Positions 49,859-59,033 of a stretch of 64,000 bases of DNA are shown here, piece after piece. The notes under the pieces were generated by a model. The model was not told where the DNA came from, ran no database searches, and worked only from the letters and a program-made list of their open reading frames with translations. Made by a program: the position numbers and the translations under genes. The stretch's first letter is position 1; each line of letters starts with the position of its first letter. Origin of the DNA: Escherichia phage vB_EcoM_G50; sequence record NC_054917.1. One strand, written 5' to 3'.

Positions 49859-50258
49859 TTTTCAATTTTACTAATACGCAGAATATGATGGAAAAGACTA
49901 TATAAGCACCACACACAGATTGAACTAATACCATTCCAAAGAACCAAACAATATTATCAAACAGTGTCTGTTTTACGTCGAAAGGACGTAAACTTACAGT
50001 AATATTATCACCTTTTTCTATTGAAGAATACATCTCTGGGGAAATATATTCACTAAATCTATAACCGTCTTTGAGTTCATATACAGCAATAAACGATAAA
50101 CTAGACCCCTTTCCTTGAGTTCCTGTAAGGGTATTAACTACAGTAACATCATAATCTTTATAGTGCATATAATCATTAATTGCGTAATAACCATATGCAA
50201 CTACTACACATAAACAACATATCAATAAATTCAATCTTTTAATTATCAACTGTTTCAT
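49851..50258 (-). CDS. membrane protein, N- and C-terminal TM segments
   Basis: 135-aa ORF. Confidence 0.45.
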   Translation of the reverse strand: MKQLIIKRLNLLICCLCVVVAYGYYAINDYMHYKDYDVTVVNTLTGTQGKGSSLSFIAVYELKDGYRFSEYISPEMYSSIEKGDNITVSLRPFDVKQTLFDNIVWFFGMVLVQSVCGAYIVFSIIFCVLVKLKIE

Positions 50259-50313
50259 AATAATCTCAATTAAAAGGGCTTAGAACCATTATACCATCCT
50301 TGGTATAAAGCGG

Positions 50314-50841
50314 TTATGCGAGTACCGTCTTTAACCGTTCTTCAAACTTCCGAAGAGTATTTTGGCGTTCAGCTCTTTGCTTTTTGTAAGTTTCAATACG
50401 CTCTGAAATGAGAGTGTATCGTTCATTTACTGATTCTTTCATAAAATCAGGAATTTCACGAGAAGCTTTAATCTCGTCAAATTTATCAATAACAGCTTGC
50501 TCTTCAGCAATTAAGTTATCATACATCAAAATATCTTTCTTGATGAACTCAATATCTTCTTGAGTTACACGAGATAATTTAGATGCTTTATCCTTTTTGT
50601 ACTGTTCGTTAGTATCACGAGACCAGTGTAATGTACGATTTTTATTCGTATTTTTGTAAATTTCTACAATACCAATCTCATCGATAATAACGATCCAATT
50701 CCAACGAGATTTGTAAATTTGTCCTCCATCAACCGTGATTTCACCTCCAATTGAGATGTCATTAAAGAACTTGCTTTGAGCTTCAGATTTAAATTTACCA
50801 TCATTGTAGTTTACCAAGTTGAAAATATCTTTAGCATTCAT
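50314..50841 (-). CDS. hypothetical coiled-coil protein
   Basis: Start at MNAKDIF with GGAGGAA SD; upstream part of track ORF is promoter read-through. Confidence 0.45.
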   Translation of the reverse strand: MNAKDIFNLVNYNDGKFKSEAQSKFFNDISIGGEITVDGGQIYKSRWNWIVIIDEIGIVEIYKNTNKNRTLHWSRDTNEQYKKDKASKLSRVTQEDIEFIKKDILMYDNLIAEEQAVIDKFDEIKASREIPDFMKESVNERYTLISERIETYKKQRAERQNTLRKFEERLKTVLA

Positions 50842-50869
50842 TTTCTGTTCCTCCGTAGTTGATAGTTGT

Positions 50870-50899
50870 ATAGTACCACAGAGGAACGGTCTTGTAAAC
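50870..50899 (-). promoter_or_regulatory. T4-type early promoter (repeat copy B)
   Basis: GTTTAC-18-TACTAT. Confidence 0.55.
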
Positions 50900-50901
50900 A
50901 A

Positions 50902-51216
50902 CTAAAAGAAACTTCTTTCACAATTTTTTCCACTGAACCACGCGCTCACTGCTTTCTTAGTCTCAGGAGCAGTGTTATCCATAAACCATTCAAAGGCAGC
51001 CTTTTTATGATTCTGGAGGGCTTCTCGGGCTTTAATCTGCTCACGGTCTATTAACACTAACATATGAGCCTTTCTTGTCACCATGGGCTTCTTATGATTT
51101 TTTGAATACTCCCAGTCATTTGTCCATCGCATTGTCGTTGCGAATTGAAATACAGCTTCTTTAATTTTAGTTTCGTAAATTTCACGAGCCTTTGAGTATA
51201 ACATCATTACCTCCAT
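50902..51216 (-). CDS. hypothetical protein
   Basis: 104-aa ORF. Confidence 0.4.
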   Translation of the reverse strand: MEVMMLYSKAREIYETKIKEAVFQFATTMRWTNDWEYSKNHKKPMVTRKAHMLVLIDREQIKAREALQNHKKAAFEWFMDNTAPETKKAVSAWFSGKNCERSFF

Positions 51217-51305
51217 TTACCAGTTTAATTCTAGTCATCTTTTTGATGGCAGTCCATATAATCTATTTCTGAACTGCCTTTTTATCTTAGAAGTCCTCTT
51301 ATGAA

Positions 51306-52274
51306 TTATTTCAGAAGAGTAACCTCAGCAATTTCTTCCCAACCGTTTTTGTCTGTCATAATAAAGTCAGCAAGATAAAGAGCAGTACGCAGTGAAACAT
51401 TACGTAAACGATTAACATTGACTTTCATCCATGATAATGCTTTATAAGTTTCTTCATCAGAAAGACCGCGCTTTTGCATCATGTCAGTTGAAAGAATAAC
51501 ATCTTCAACCCTGACCATAATTTCTTCATTAGTGTGAACACCCAAATCCAAATAAACTGAGCGGGACACTAATGCTTGTAAATGTGGAGCAAGTTTAGTA
51601 CCACGGTCTAATTCGCGGTCAATGTCAACGTTTGTGATAAAAACAATCGTTCCTTTAAATTCAAACTCACGCTCAATGCCTTTTTCTTCTAAGTAAGAAG
51701 ATGCGGTGCTCCAGCAGACTTTACGGGTCTCTCCAGTGTCCAGAGCAGCTTTCAGAAGATTAAGAATGTCCATATCAGAGAAAACATCCACATCATCAAT
51801 CAAAAGGACAGAATTCTCTTCACGATTATTCCAAAGCTGCTCATAAAGACCAATACCAGAGATTTTACCATTAATGCTTTTATATTCAATGTATCCAATA
51901 TCATTTGCTTTATTTAAAGCTTTATCTAAAGAATACGTTTTACCAATACCTGCTGCTCCCGAGATAATTAATGAACGAATGTTTCCGTTAATAATACCAT
52001 TCGTCATCATTCCCATAACATTAAATCTTTTATTAATGCGGGTTTTCATATCTTCATACGATTCTTTAACTTCTTCAACTTTTACACCATCATATGAAAT
52101 GTCTGATTTGTAAACCCAAACACCGCGACGTTTACCGTCAATTTCAACAAAAACTTTACCATCTCCTTGTGCATCTACCGGAGCATTATCTGGGAACCAT
52201 TCGCCTAAGAGCTCAAAAGTTCCAGAAATTTCTTTACCGAAGTAGATACCCTTATTGATAGTTACAGTTTTCAT
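51306..52274 (-). CDS. P-loop ATPase (AAA-like)
   Basis: 322 aa; Walker A GAAGIGKT, Walker B VLLIDDVD. Confidence 0.6.
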   Translation of the reverse strand: MKTVTINKGIYFGKEISGTFELLGEWFPDNAPVDAQGDGKVFVEIDGKRRGVWVYKSDISYDGVKVEEVKESYEDMKTRINKRFNVMGMMTNGIINGNIRSLIISGAAGIGKTYSLDKALNKANDIGYIEYKSINGKISGIGLYEQLWNNREENSVLLIDDVDVFSDMDILNLLKAALDTGETRKVCWSTASSYLEEKGIEREFEFKGTIVFITNVDIDRELDRGTKLAPHLQALVSRSVYLDLGVHTNEEIMVRVEDVILSTDMMQKRGLSDEETYKALSWMKVNVNRLRNVSLRTALYLADFIMTDKNGWEEIAEVTLLK

Positions 52275-52331
52275 TTTATTCTCCTTTGATTTGATAGGAC
52301 TACTATAACATAGTCCTATCAGTTTGTATAC

Positions 52332-52532
52332 TTATTTTGACATTTCTTCGATGTCACGACGATACCCGTCACGAACTTCACGAAGAGCTTCAAGGCCACA
52401 CATAGGCTCGATACCTGTAATGTGAACTTGATTAATCTGATACTCTACATCTTCTAACTGAGCGAAAACATAACGACGTTCAGCTGCACAACCAGATTTA
52501 GCTTTACCGAAACGTTTATTCAAAGTAGTCAT
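52332..52532 (-). CDS. hypothetical small protein
   Basis: 66-aa ORF. Confidence 0.4.
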   Translation of the reverse strand: MTTLNKRFGKAKSGCAAERRYVFAQLEDVEYQINQVHITGIEPMCGLEALREVRDGYRRDIEEMSK

Positions 52533-52570
52533 TTTGTATCTCCAATTTACTCATTTGTTTTGATAAATCT

Positions 52571-52600
52571 ATAGTATCAACAACTACAGACCATGTAAAC
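52571..52600 (-). promoter_or_regulatory. T4-type early promoter
   Basis: GTTTAC-18-TACTAT. Confidence 0.5.
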
Positions 52601-52630
52601 CGTTTTATGAAAAATTTTTGAAATAAAAAA

Positions 52631-52648
52631 GGGAGCCCGAAGGCTCCC
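52631..52648 (-). terminator. rho-independent terminator after the nucleotidyltransferase gene
   Basis: GGGAGCC-UUCG-GGCUCCC hairpin then U6AUUU. Confidence 0.65.
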
Positions 52649-52650
52649 TA

Positions 52651-53664
52651 TCATTTATAATAACTTCGGTGGTTTTCAAGATAGACCTTCTCAAGGAAGT
52701 CATCCCAGAAACTCATGTCTACTGTTTTAGGCATACCGTTCTTAGAAGCTTCAGTAGATGCTGCTTCTACTTGATCGACCACATCTTCCAAAAACTCTTG
52801 AACTGTTTTAAATGGATGTTTACCCAACTTCACGTCGAGAATAAATGGAGCATCTTGAAGTGGATAGACTAAGTCACCAGTTTTGTAAATTTCCAATAGT
52901 TGGAGTCCACCACGACAAGCATGACTCAAAGCTTTCCAGTCAATACCTTCATTGGCTTCAGCCTTACGAGCACGTTCACCGTATTCAGCATCTAATTTGT
53001 TCAGTGACTGCTTAAGCTCAATAAGAGAAAGCGTTGTCTGATATTTACGACCCAACACTGTGTAAAACGTCTGTGGGCCTGTTTTCTCATGATTATGGAA
53101 CACCCATTCACAGAATTCGTTTTCTGGAAGACGATGCTTAATATCTTCAACTTTAGTACGACGCTGCTTAATGGAACCGTCTTCTTGGTAATCAACCCAT
53201 TGCTCAGGGATTTGATTAACTACTTTCAATACATCGCGTAATGCAGCCAAACGAGAACCCTTGACACCGTATTTAGAAGCTTGCTTGCGGACATATCCTA
53301 AATAGGATTTCATGTTAGTCGTATAAAAACGAGAACGGTTGTCTTGAATAAACTTCCACACATCAGGCAAATCAGATTTAACCACTAGTTCAGGTGGAGT
53401 ATGAAGCATATCCAATGCTACAGTTTCACCATCTGCTGCTAATTTAAAGAAATATTTAAGACTGTATAGTTCATGGTCAATATCATCTTTAGTGTTTTTA
53501 GATGATGTATTGTTAGTGTTTTTACTCATGTGCTCTTTGACATTTCCGATAAGAATATCGCGAGCAGGAGGAACAAAGATTTCTTTAAAATCTACATCAG
53601 ATTCTGGGGTAGAAGTTCCATAAAGATGACTACCAAAATAGCTTTTCATTACTGTTTTCATCAT
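52651..53664 (-). CDS. Pol-beta-superfamily nucleotidyltransferase-fold protein, 337 aa
   Basis: N-terminal GS-x(10)-DVD motif (YFGSHLYGTSTPESDVDF) and downstream VALDML; large C-terminal helical region. Confidence 0.55.
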   Translation of the reverse strand: MMKTVMKSYFGSHLYGTSTPESDVDFKEIFVPPARDILIGNVKEHMSKNTNNTSSKNTKDDIDHELYSLKYFFKLAADGETVALDMLHTPPELVVKSDLPDVWKFIQDNRSRFYTTNMKSYLGYVRKQASKYGVKGSRLAALRDVLKVVNQIPEQWVDYQEDGSIKQRRTKVEDIKHRLPENEFCEWVFHNHEKTGPQTFYTVLGRKYQTTLSLIELKQSLNKLDAEYGERARKAEANEGIDWKALSHACRGGLQLLEIYKTGDLVYPLQDAPFILDVKLGKHPFKTVQEFLEDVVDQVEAASTEASKNGMPKTVDMSFWDDFLEKVYLENHRSYYK

Positions 53665-54122
53665 TCAGCCTTATATTCAATAACAGGACATACTTTAGCT
53701 TTACGAGCTTTTAAAAATTCGACGATAATCGATTTCTTGGGTTGAATAGGAGGTAAACCTTTATACGCTCTATCAATATTTTCTACGTGTAAAGCATAAT
53801 CCTTTTTCCATTTATAATCTTTATATTTTTCACGCAAATGTGCAGGAATAACAAATGAACCGATAATAAGTAAAACAACCAAAAGTGCAAGTATAAATGC
53901 TGATGGAATAAGAGTCCATAAACTACCAAAAATAAGCCATTTCTGCATGATTTCTGCGCAGATAATAGTTAGACCTGCGAGTATAGTACATCCGAAAAAA
54001 GAAACGAAAAATGTAGGAATAACAATAGACCAAAAATACGCGCACAGTGTCTTAGGTCGTTGCCATTCATCGTTAAACAATTTGAATAATTTATAGTGCC
54101 AAGAGTTTTCATTAATAATCAT
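53661..54122 (-). CDS. membrane protein (2-3 TM helices) translationally coupled to the nucleotidyltransferase
   Basis: 153 aa; ATGA overlap with downstream gene. Confidence 0.5.
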   Translation of the reverse strand: MIINENSWHYKLFKLFNDEWQRPKTLCAYFWSIVIPTFFVSFFGCTILAGLTIICAEIMQKWLIFGSLWTLIPSAFILALLVVLLIIGSFVIPAHLREKYKDYKWKKDYALHVENIDRAYKGLPPIQPKKSIIVEFLKARKAKVCPVIEYKAE

Positions 54123-54124
54123 AA

Positions 54125-54646
54125 TTATCCTTTCATTGAAGGTGTAACAGTTGTTAAATACTTAATCATAGCTTCAGCTTCTGATTTTGATAATGAAATT
54201 TCTCCATTGTTTTGACGAATAGAAATAAAATCCGGATGACGGTCACCACCAGCTTTTAAAACACACATATAAGTATCAACTTCATCTTCAATATTTGAAA
54301 TGATTGAAGCAGTTCCACATGAATGCGGTTTTTGATAAATCAATACAGCTTTTCTTCCACCGTTTGACTGTTCATAAACTTTTAACACATCAAACAAATC
54401 ACTTCTTTTATCAATAGCTAAAATGTTGTTTTCATCTTCAATGTTAAATCCTTCGGATACTTCATAAAGTGTCACCCATAAATCACCTATATCGATAGTA
54501 GCATTTTCCTTTCCATGACTTTCAAGAGCATGACAAATTTTCTTGATTTCGTCATAACTCATTTTAATAATATCATCTCCTTGACTAAGGAAGATGTCAT
54601 TTTTAAATTCAACACGAATTAAACCACTTTCACTTGAAATAAACAT
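54125..54646 (-). CDS. hypothetical protein, paralog of next ORF
   Basis: 173 aa; shares GFNIE and C-terminal motif with 54653-55186. Confidence 0.45.
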   Translation of the reverse strand: MFISSESGLIRVEFKNDIFLSQGDDIIKMSYDEIKKICHALESHGKENATIDIGDLWVTLYEVSEGFNIEDENNILAIDKRSDLFDVLKVYEQSNGGRKAVLIYQKPHSCGTASIISNIEDEVDTYMCVLKAGGDRHPDFISIRQNNGEISLSKSEAEAMIKYLTTVTPSMKG

Positions 54647-54652
54647 ATTTCC

Positions 54653-55186
54653 TCACTTTGAAATCATAGTTGGAATAACAGAATCAAGATAAGTCTTTAG
54701 TGCAATAGCTTCGTCTTTGGTAAATGTGACAATATGTGCTCGAAAATCGTCAATTTGACGAATAGTTAAGACGTCTCCATCTTCATAGCATTTTGAAACA
54801 TTTAAAATAGTTTCATCATTATGATTACAGGAGTTAGTAATAATAGCATTGCAATTTTTAAGCCATTTTAAACTATGTTTTCTTTCATTAGAATAATAAA
54901 AATATTTAATCTTAGTTATAAAATTATCCCAATTGTTAATTGATAAGCATATTGACTCGCTTTCAATATTAAATCCTGGGCATAAAGAATAGAAATGAAT
55001 TTTATGCTCATCATTAATGCTTACAATTTTATCAGTATAAGGTTTTTCAATTTGGGTTAAATGAATAATTTCGCTAGGCGTAAAATATAGCATATCGTCT
55101 TCTTGCGTCAAACGATACATATTATTTACTTTTTCTATAGCCAATTCACCAAAAAGTGAACTAACTTCTAATACTAATCGTTTCAT
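54653..55186 (-). CDS. hypothetical protein, paralog of previous ORF
   Basis: Start at MKRLVLEV after upstream stop. Confidence 0.45.
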   Translation of the reverse strand: MKRLVLEVSSLFGELAIEKVNNMYRLTQEDDMLYFTPSEIIHLTQIEKPYTDKIVSINDEHKIHFYSLCPGFNIESESICLSINNWDNFITKIKYFYYSNERKHSLKWLKNCNAIITNSCNHNDETILNVSKCYEDGDVLTIRQIDDFRAHIVTFTKDEAIALKTYLDSVIPTMISK

Positions 55187-55187
55187 A

Positions 55188-55466
55188 TTAATCCTTTTTA
55201 TTGGCACGAATTTGTTCTAAAATTTTAGAATATTCCTTTGTATCAGATTTACGTACAATTGATACACTATAAGGCATACTATCGGTGTCTTTTATAAAGC
55301 GTTCCAAATGACACTCTAACAAAATTTCTGGATTATAAATCGTGTACATCAAATTACCTGTTGCTCCACGATATTGGCAGATTTCTACTGATTGAACACC
55401 ATTCCATAATTTTGTTAAAACTAAATCACCTACTTCTAATTTAGGAAAGCCCATGTTATTCACCAA
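55188..55466 (-). CDS. hypothetical small protein
   Basis: 92-aa ORF. Confidence 0.4.
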   Translation of the reverse strand: MVNNMGFPKLEVGDLVLTKLWNGVQSVEICQYRGATGNLMYTIYNPEILLECHLERFIKDTDSMPYSVSIVRKSDTKEYSKILEQIRANKKD

Positions 55467-55641
55467 TTAAAGTTTCAATATAAGAATCAAGATTTACTTT
55501 AGCTTCTTCCATAAGAGTTTTGTATTTAATCTTGTTAGCATGTCCGGAGAAAGCTGATTCATCAATAATTGTTGATGTATGAACAGCTTTACTATACGTC
55601 TCAATTAATTCTCTTAATTTAAAAGCCTGCTCACTTGTCAT
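55456..55641 (-). CDS. hypothetical small protein
   Basis: 61-aa ORF. Confidence 0.4.
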   Translation of the reverse strand: MTSEQAFKLRELIETYSKAVHTSTIIDESAFSGHANKIKYKTLMEEAKVNLDSYIETLIGE

Positions 55642-55772
55642 TACATACTCCTTTGAATAATATCAATAATGTTGTTCACCAGATTATAAGTAAACATTGG
55701 GTAATTATATTGAATCATCACATACACAACAAACAAAACTTTCATTCTCTTCTCCTTGGCAGTTGACAAGAT

Positions 55773-55802
55773 TACTATACCATAACCTTGTCAACTTGTA
55801 AA
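55773..55802 (-). promoter_or_regulatory. early promoter with -10 inside a perfect 9-bp inverted repeat
   Basis: GTTTAC-18-TATAGT; GTTGACAAG-16 nt-CTTGTCAAC. Confidence 0.5.
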
Positions 55803-55968
55803 CCATTAAATGGCGTTTTCAATAAAATTCTGAAGCTTTGTGTGAGCATCAACCATGATTTTCATTTCTTCTTTTGCGAAAGCTGTACCTCTTTCCCGAG
55901 CAGAATACTCATAGTCAGAAACTGCATTAGCATATTCTTCAATTAGCTTCATTAAAAACATCTGCTTT

Positions 55969-56163
55969 TCAGTTTTCATTATTCCACCTAATCATTTCAA
56001 GATATTGAACTAACTTAGCTTTAGATTTATCCAAATCTCTTTTAGCTGCTTCTATACCGTCGTATGAATATCCTTCACAATGCTCAACTGCTAATTGATA
56101 TGAATCTATTTCAATATCACGTGCTAATTTAATGATTTTTTCAAACTGTTCGCGTGTTAGCAT
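55969..56163 (-). CDS. hypothetical small protein
   Basis: 64-aa ORF. Confidence 0.4.
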   Translation of the reverse strand: MLTREQFEKIIKLARDIEIDSYQLAVEHCEGYSYDGIEAAKRDLDKSKAKLVQYLEMIRWNNEN

Positions 56164-56165
56164 AC

Positions 56166-56405
56166 TTAAACTCTCGTATTATGATCGATAATTTCATCAA
56201 GAAACATATCTAACGCTTCTAAAGCATTATCCACTTTAGTTTCAAAGTCTTTAATGCCTTTATTCGAAATACCCGATGAATACCAAGCAAAGTTAATGCG
56301 CTCCTCGTCTGCTTTACGAATTAAAGCTACCAATTCCTTAATTTTATCAGCTTGTTCGATACTAATCATTATTCCACCACATATGAAAGAGAGAATATAG
56401 CACAC
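56166..56405 (-). CDS. hypothetical small protein
   Basis: 79-aa ORF. Confidence 0.4.
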   Translation of the reverse strand: MCYILSFICGGIMISIEQADKIKELVALIRKADEERINFAWYSSGISNKGIKDFETKVDNALEALDMFLDEIIDHNTRV

Positions 56406-56557
56406 GCCATGTGAGTTGCAGCTTCATCACACATATTATAACGTTTCTTAAGAAATTCTACAAGTTCTTCACTAGTAACTTCATCCATGTCGACGAAAAA
56501 ATCACCATTAATGATGACGTAGATATTTCCTTCTTGATTGAGTGCTTCAATTTTCAT
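56369..56557 (-). CDS. hypothetical small protein
   Basis: Start at MKIEAL with AAAGAGGAG SD. Confidence 0.4.
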   Translation of the reverse strand: MKIEALNQEGNIYVIINGDFFVDMDEVTSEELVEFLKKRYNMCDEAATHMACAIFSLSYVVE

Positions 56558-56585
56558 GATGTTCTCCTCTTTATCCGATAGTTGT

Positions 56586-56615
56586 ATAGTACCACAGCTC
56601 AAACGGAAAGTAAAC
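56586..56615 (-). promoter_or_regulatory. T4-type early promoter (repeat copy C)
   Basis: GTTTAC-18-TACTAT with shared leader ACAACUAUC. Confidence 0.55.
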
Positions 56616-56630
56616 CGGTAAAATGAAAAA

Positions 56631-56648
56631 AGTCTCCCGAAGGAGACT
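56631..56648 (-). terminator. rho-independent terminator
   Basis: GUCUCC-UUCG-GGAGAC hairpin then U6. Confidence 0.65.
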
Positions 56649-56652
56649 AATG

Positions 56653-57039
56653 TTATTCGAGGGAAAGAAGATATTTACTCTGGTAAAACATTCCAGTAAT
56701 ATCATCTATCGTGCTTTGAATGGCTGGAGGCATTTCTTTATAAATGCTGTTAGATTGGTCTAGTATGCGATCAATCATTTTAATTGTGTCGGTAGGAAGT
56801 TTACTAGCATCTGGAATTGAAGGTGTGTATTTTCTACCAGAATACCCCAAATATTGCTCACCAAATTTATCAATCAAATCTGGCAACTCGGAGAAAATAA
56901 AATCGTATGCTTTGTGTCTAGCATAACTTTTAGTTTCAAAATGTGCAGAATGAAAATAAGCTTGTGCAGCCATTAATAAACCTAAGTATTCATCTGCCTT
57001 TGAAGGTTTTCCACTTTGTGAAAAGTCGCTGAATTTCAT
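56653..57039 (-). CDS. hypothetical protein (rI.-1 position)
   Basis: 128-aa ORF, ATGA overlap with rI. Confidence 0.5.
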   Translation of the reverse strand: MKFSDFSQSGKPSKADEYLGLLMAAQAYFHSAHFETKSYARHKAYDFIFSELPDLIDKFGEQYLGYSGRKYTPSIPDASKLPTDTIKMIDRILDQSNSIYKEMPPAIQSTIDDITGMFYQSKYLLSLE

Positions 57040-57329
57040 TCAGTCTCCAATTTAATGTTCATAATTCTAGCGTATGATTGTGCCATCTCCGCGCCTCGTT
57101 CTATACATTCAAAATCAGAAGAGCACGGGTCATTTTTATAGGTCGTTCTCATAAAACTATAGAATTGTTCAGACGATTCTACGCTTTTATTTTCAAAAAG
57201 CATATAAACGTGCCTAATACCAGATTCCATAAATTTATCAAAATGAGGATCGACATTCGCTTCAATCGATGGAGATAAAACAAATGACAATCCTAGCATG
57301 GCAAAAAGTGCCGTTGCTTTTAAGGCCAT
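57036..57329 (-). CDS. rI: lysis inhibition regulator RI
   Basis: 97 aa with N-terminal signal/anchor; matches T4 RI. Confidence 0.8.
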   Translation of the reverse strand: MALKATALFAMLGLSFVLSPSIEANVDPHFDKFMESGIRHVYMLFENKSVESSEQFYSFMRTTYKNDPCSSDFECIERGAEMAQSYARIMNIKLETE

Positions 57330-57341
57330 AAAGGCCTCCTA

Positions 57342-57554
57342 TCATTTTTGTCCTGTATTTACTTTATGCCGATGCACGGCCTTAACTTTATCAAGGTATT
57401 TTTCAAAATTTCGCAATCTAGTATAGTCTGCCGGAGATTGGTTGAGTGATACTTCTCGACGCAAAGCTGAAATGATATTTCCAACTTCCCTACGAATTTC
57501 ATCTAATTGAAGAACAGTAAGATTGCGAAGTTGCTTTTCAGTTAATTGTAGCAT
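57342..57554 (-). CDS. hypothetical small protein (rI.1 position)
   Basis: 70-aa ORF. Confidence 0.45.
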
Positions 57555-57596
57555 ATATACCCCTTTAGTTAGATAAACCTATTTATAACTTTTGCA

Positions 57597-58178
57597 CTAA
57601 CCGAGCTTTTTGGTTAATTCATTCCAATGTTTTCTACACAAAGAAACATAAATTTCATCACCAATACAGATTTGATTACCTTCTTTAACTGGTGTTCCAT
57701 CTTCCATTAATCGAGCTGTCATAATCGCTTTTTTACCGCAATGACAAACTGCTTTTAGTTCAATAAGTTTATCTGCAATCGCTAAAAGTTCTTTAGAACC
57801 TTCAAACAATTTTCCAGCGAAATCAGTCCTTAATCCATAAGCCATAACAGGAACATTATATGTATCAACAATTCGGCTCAATTGATGCACTTGTTCAGTT
57901 TTTAAAAACTGAGCTTCATCTACAAATACGCAATGAATATCTTTTTGTGCTTCAGCCCATTTATAGAACTCAAAAATATCCATATCATCCGTAATAATAT
58001 TCGCTTCCTGCTTAATTCCAATGCGAGAAACGACTTCACAGACAGAATCACGAGTATCAATAGCAGGCTTAAGAACTAATACACCCATTCCGCGTTCTTT
58101 ATAATTATGCGCAGCAGTCAAAAGAGAAGCAGATTTTCCAGCATTCATTGCTGCATAAGTAAAAATTAAACTCGCCAT
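57597..58178 (-). CDS. tk: thymidine kinase
   Basis: 193 aa, P-loop GKS and C-terminal zinc-binding CHCG motif; matches T4 Tk. Confidence 0.9.
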   Translation of the reverse strand: MASLIFTYAAMNAGKSASLLTAAHNYKERGMGVLVLKPAIDTRDSVCEVVSRIGIKQEANIITDDMDIFEFYKWAEAQKDIHCVFVDEAQFLKTEQVHQLSRIVDTYNVPVMAYGLRTDFAGKLFEGSKELLAIADKLIELKAVCHCGKKAIMTARLMEDGTPVKEGNQICIGDEIYVSLCRKHWNELTKKLG

Positions 58179-58187
58179 ATCACCTTC

Positions 58188-58394
58188 TTAAAGCGTATTC
58201 ACATAAGCTATTAATTCGTTTTCTTTCTTATCAAACCGGTCAGCAAATTCTTCCTGTTGTTCGGGAGATAGCGGGCCGTATTCATCATAAAAGGTGTTTG
58301 CTTCTATATGCTCATCTAGAAGTTCATGGATAAGCTCAAATAATTTATCTTTTTGTTCTTTACTCAGACTCATAGCCATGTAACCTTTAAGCAA
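58188..58394 (-). CDS. hypothetical small protein
   Basis: 68-aa ORF. Confidence 0.4.
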   Translation of the reverse strand: MLKGYMAMSLSKEQKDKLFELIHELLDEHIEANTFYDEYGPLSPEQQEEFADRFDKKENELIAYVNTL

Positions 58395-58582
58395 TATTCT
58401 TCTACATGTTGTTTACGACCTTTCCTATCAATAAAGGTATATTCAACGAATGTTCCAATATAGTCTTTATCTACATCATGAGGACTATTAATTGGGCATT
58501 TAGTACGGCAAATGCGTTCCCATTGACGAATAATTTCTGCTTTGTTTTTAGGATCAAACGGATGCGGGTAATGTACTTTCAT
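58370..58582 (-). CDS. hypothetical small protein
   Basis: 70-aa ORF. Confidence 0.4.
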   Translation of the reverse strand: MKVHYPHPFDPKNKAEIIRQWERICRTKCPINSPHDVDKDYIGTFVEYTFIDRKGRKQHVEEYCLKVTWL

Positions 58583-59033
58583 AATCCACCACTATTAAAT
58601 CAATATCAGGAGTAAACATGTCGATTAATTTAGAAACCTTATCCCAATCACCGCCAGCAATACCACAACCTATTCGTGGAATGTAAATTACTGGTTTAAA
58701 CAAAAGGGTCTCTGCCTGTAGATTTAATTCTATCATGCAGTTTACTAAAGCACCATAATCAAGATTAGGACCCGGTTCGTATTGCGTATACAGGTTATAG
58801 CATATACCAAATCCCGTAGGACTATGTTTAAAAACAATAGACATATCGCCTAATTTATCACGAGAACCGTACTCGGTAGTGGTTTTATCTATTTCTAAAA
58901 TTTTGGGATAGGCCCTCGCTAATTGACCCGCTACACCTGAACTCATAGTATGAAAGCAGTTGCACCCGTGCGCAATAATATTGCCTTGAAGAAATAGGGC
59001 GACAATATCGCCCTTGATATATTTTACAATCAT
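58554..59033 (-). CDS. TARG1/DarG-type macrodomain protein (putative ADP-ribose hydrolase)
   Basis: 159 aa; KGDIVALF...IIAHGCNC...SSGVAGQLA and PRIGCGIAGGDWDKV parallel the TARG1 motifs GDLFAC...LAHCIS...MGAGIA and PRIGCGLDRLQWENV. Confidence 0.6.
   Translation of the reverse strand: MIVKYIKGDIVALFLQGNIIAHGCNCFHTMSSGVAGQLARAYPKILEIDKTTTEYGSRDKLGDMSIVFKHSPTGFGICYNLYTQYEPGPNLDYGALVNCMIELNLQAETLLFKPVIYIPRIGCGIAGGDWDKVSKLIDMFTPDIDLIVVDYESTLPASV

Noticed and set aside
50842-50901. N-terminal extension of the track ORF 50314-50901 (and likewise 56558-56602)
   Set aside because: The extension translates the conserved promoter sequence (CGTIQLS appears in both); true start is the internal ATG with SD
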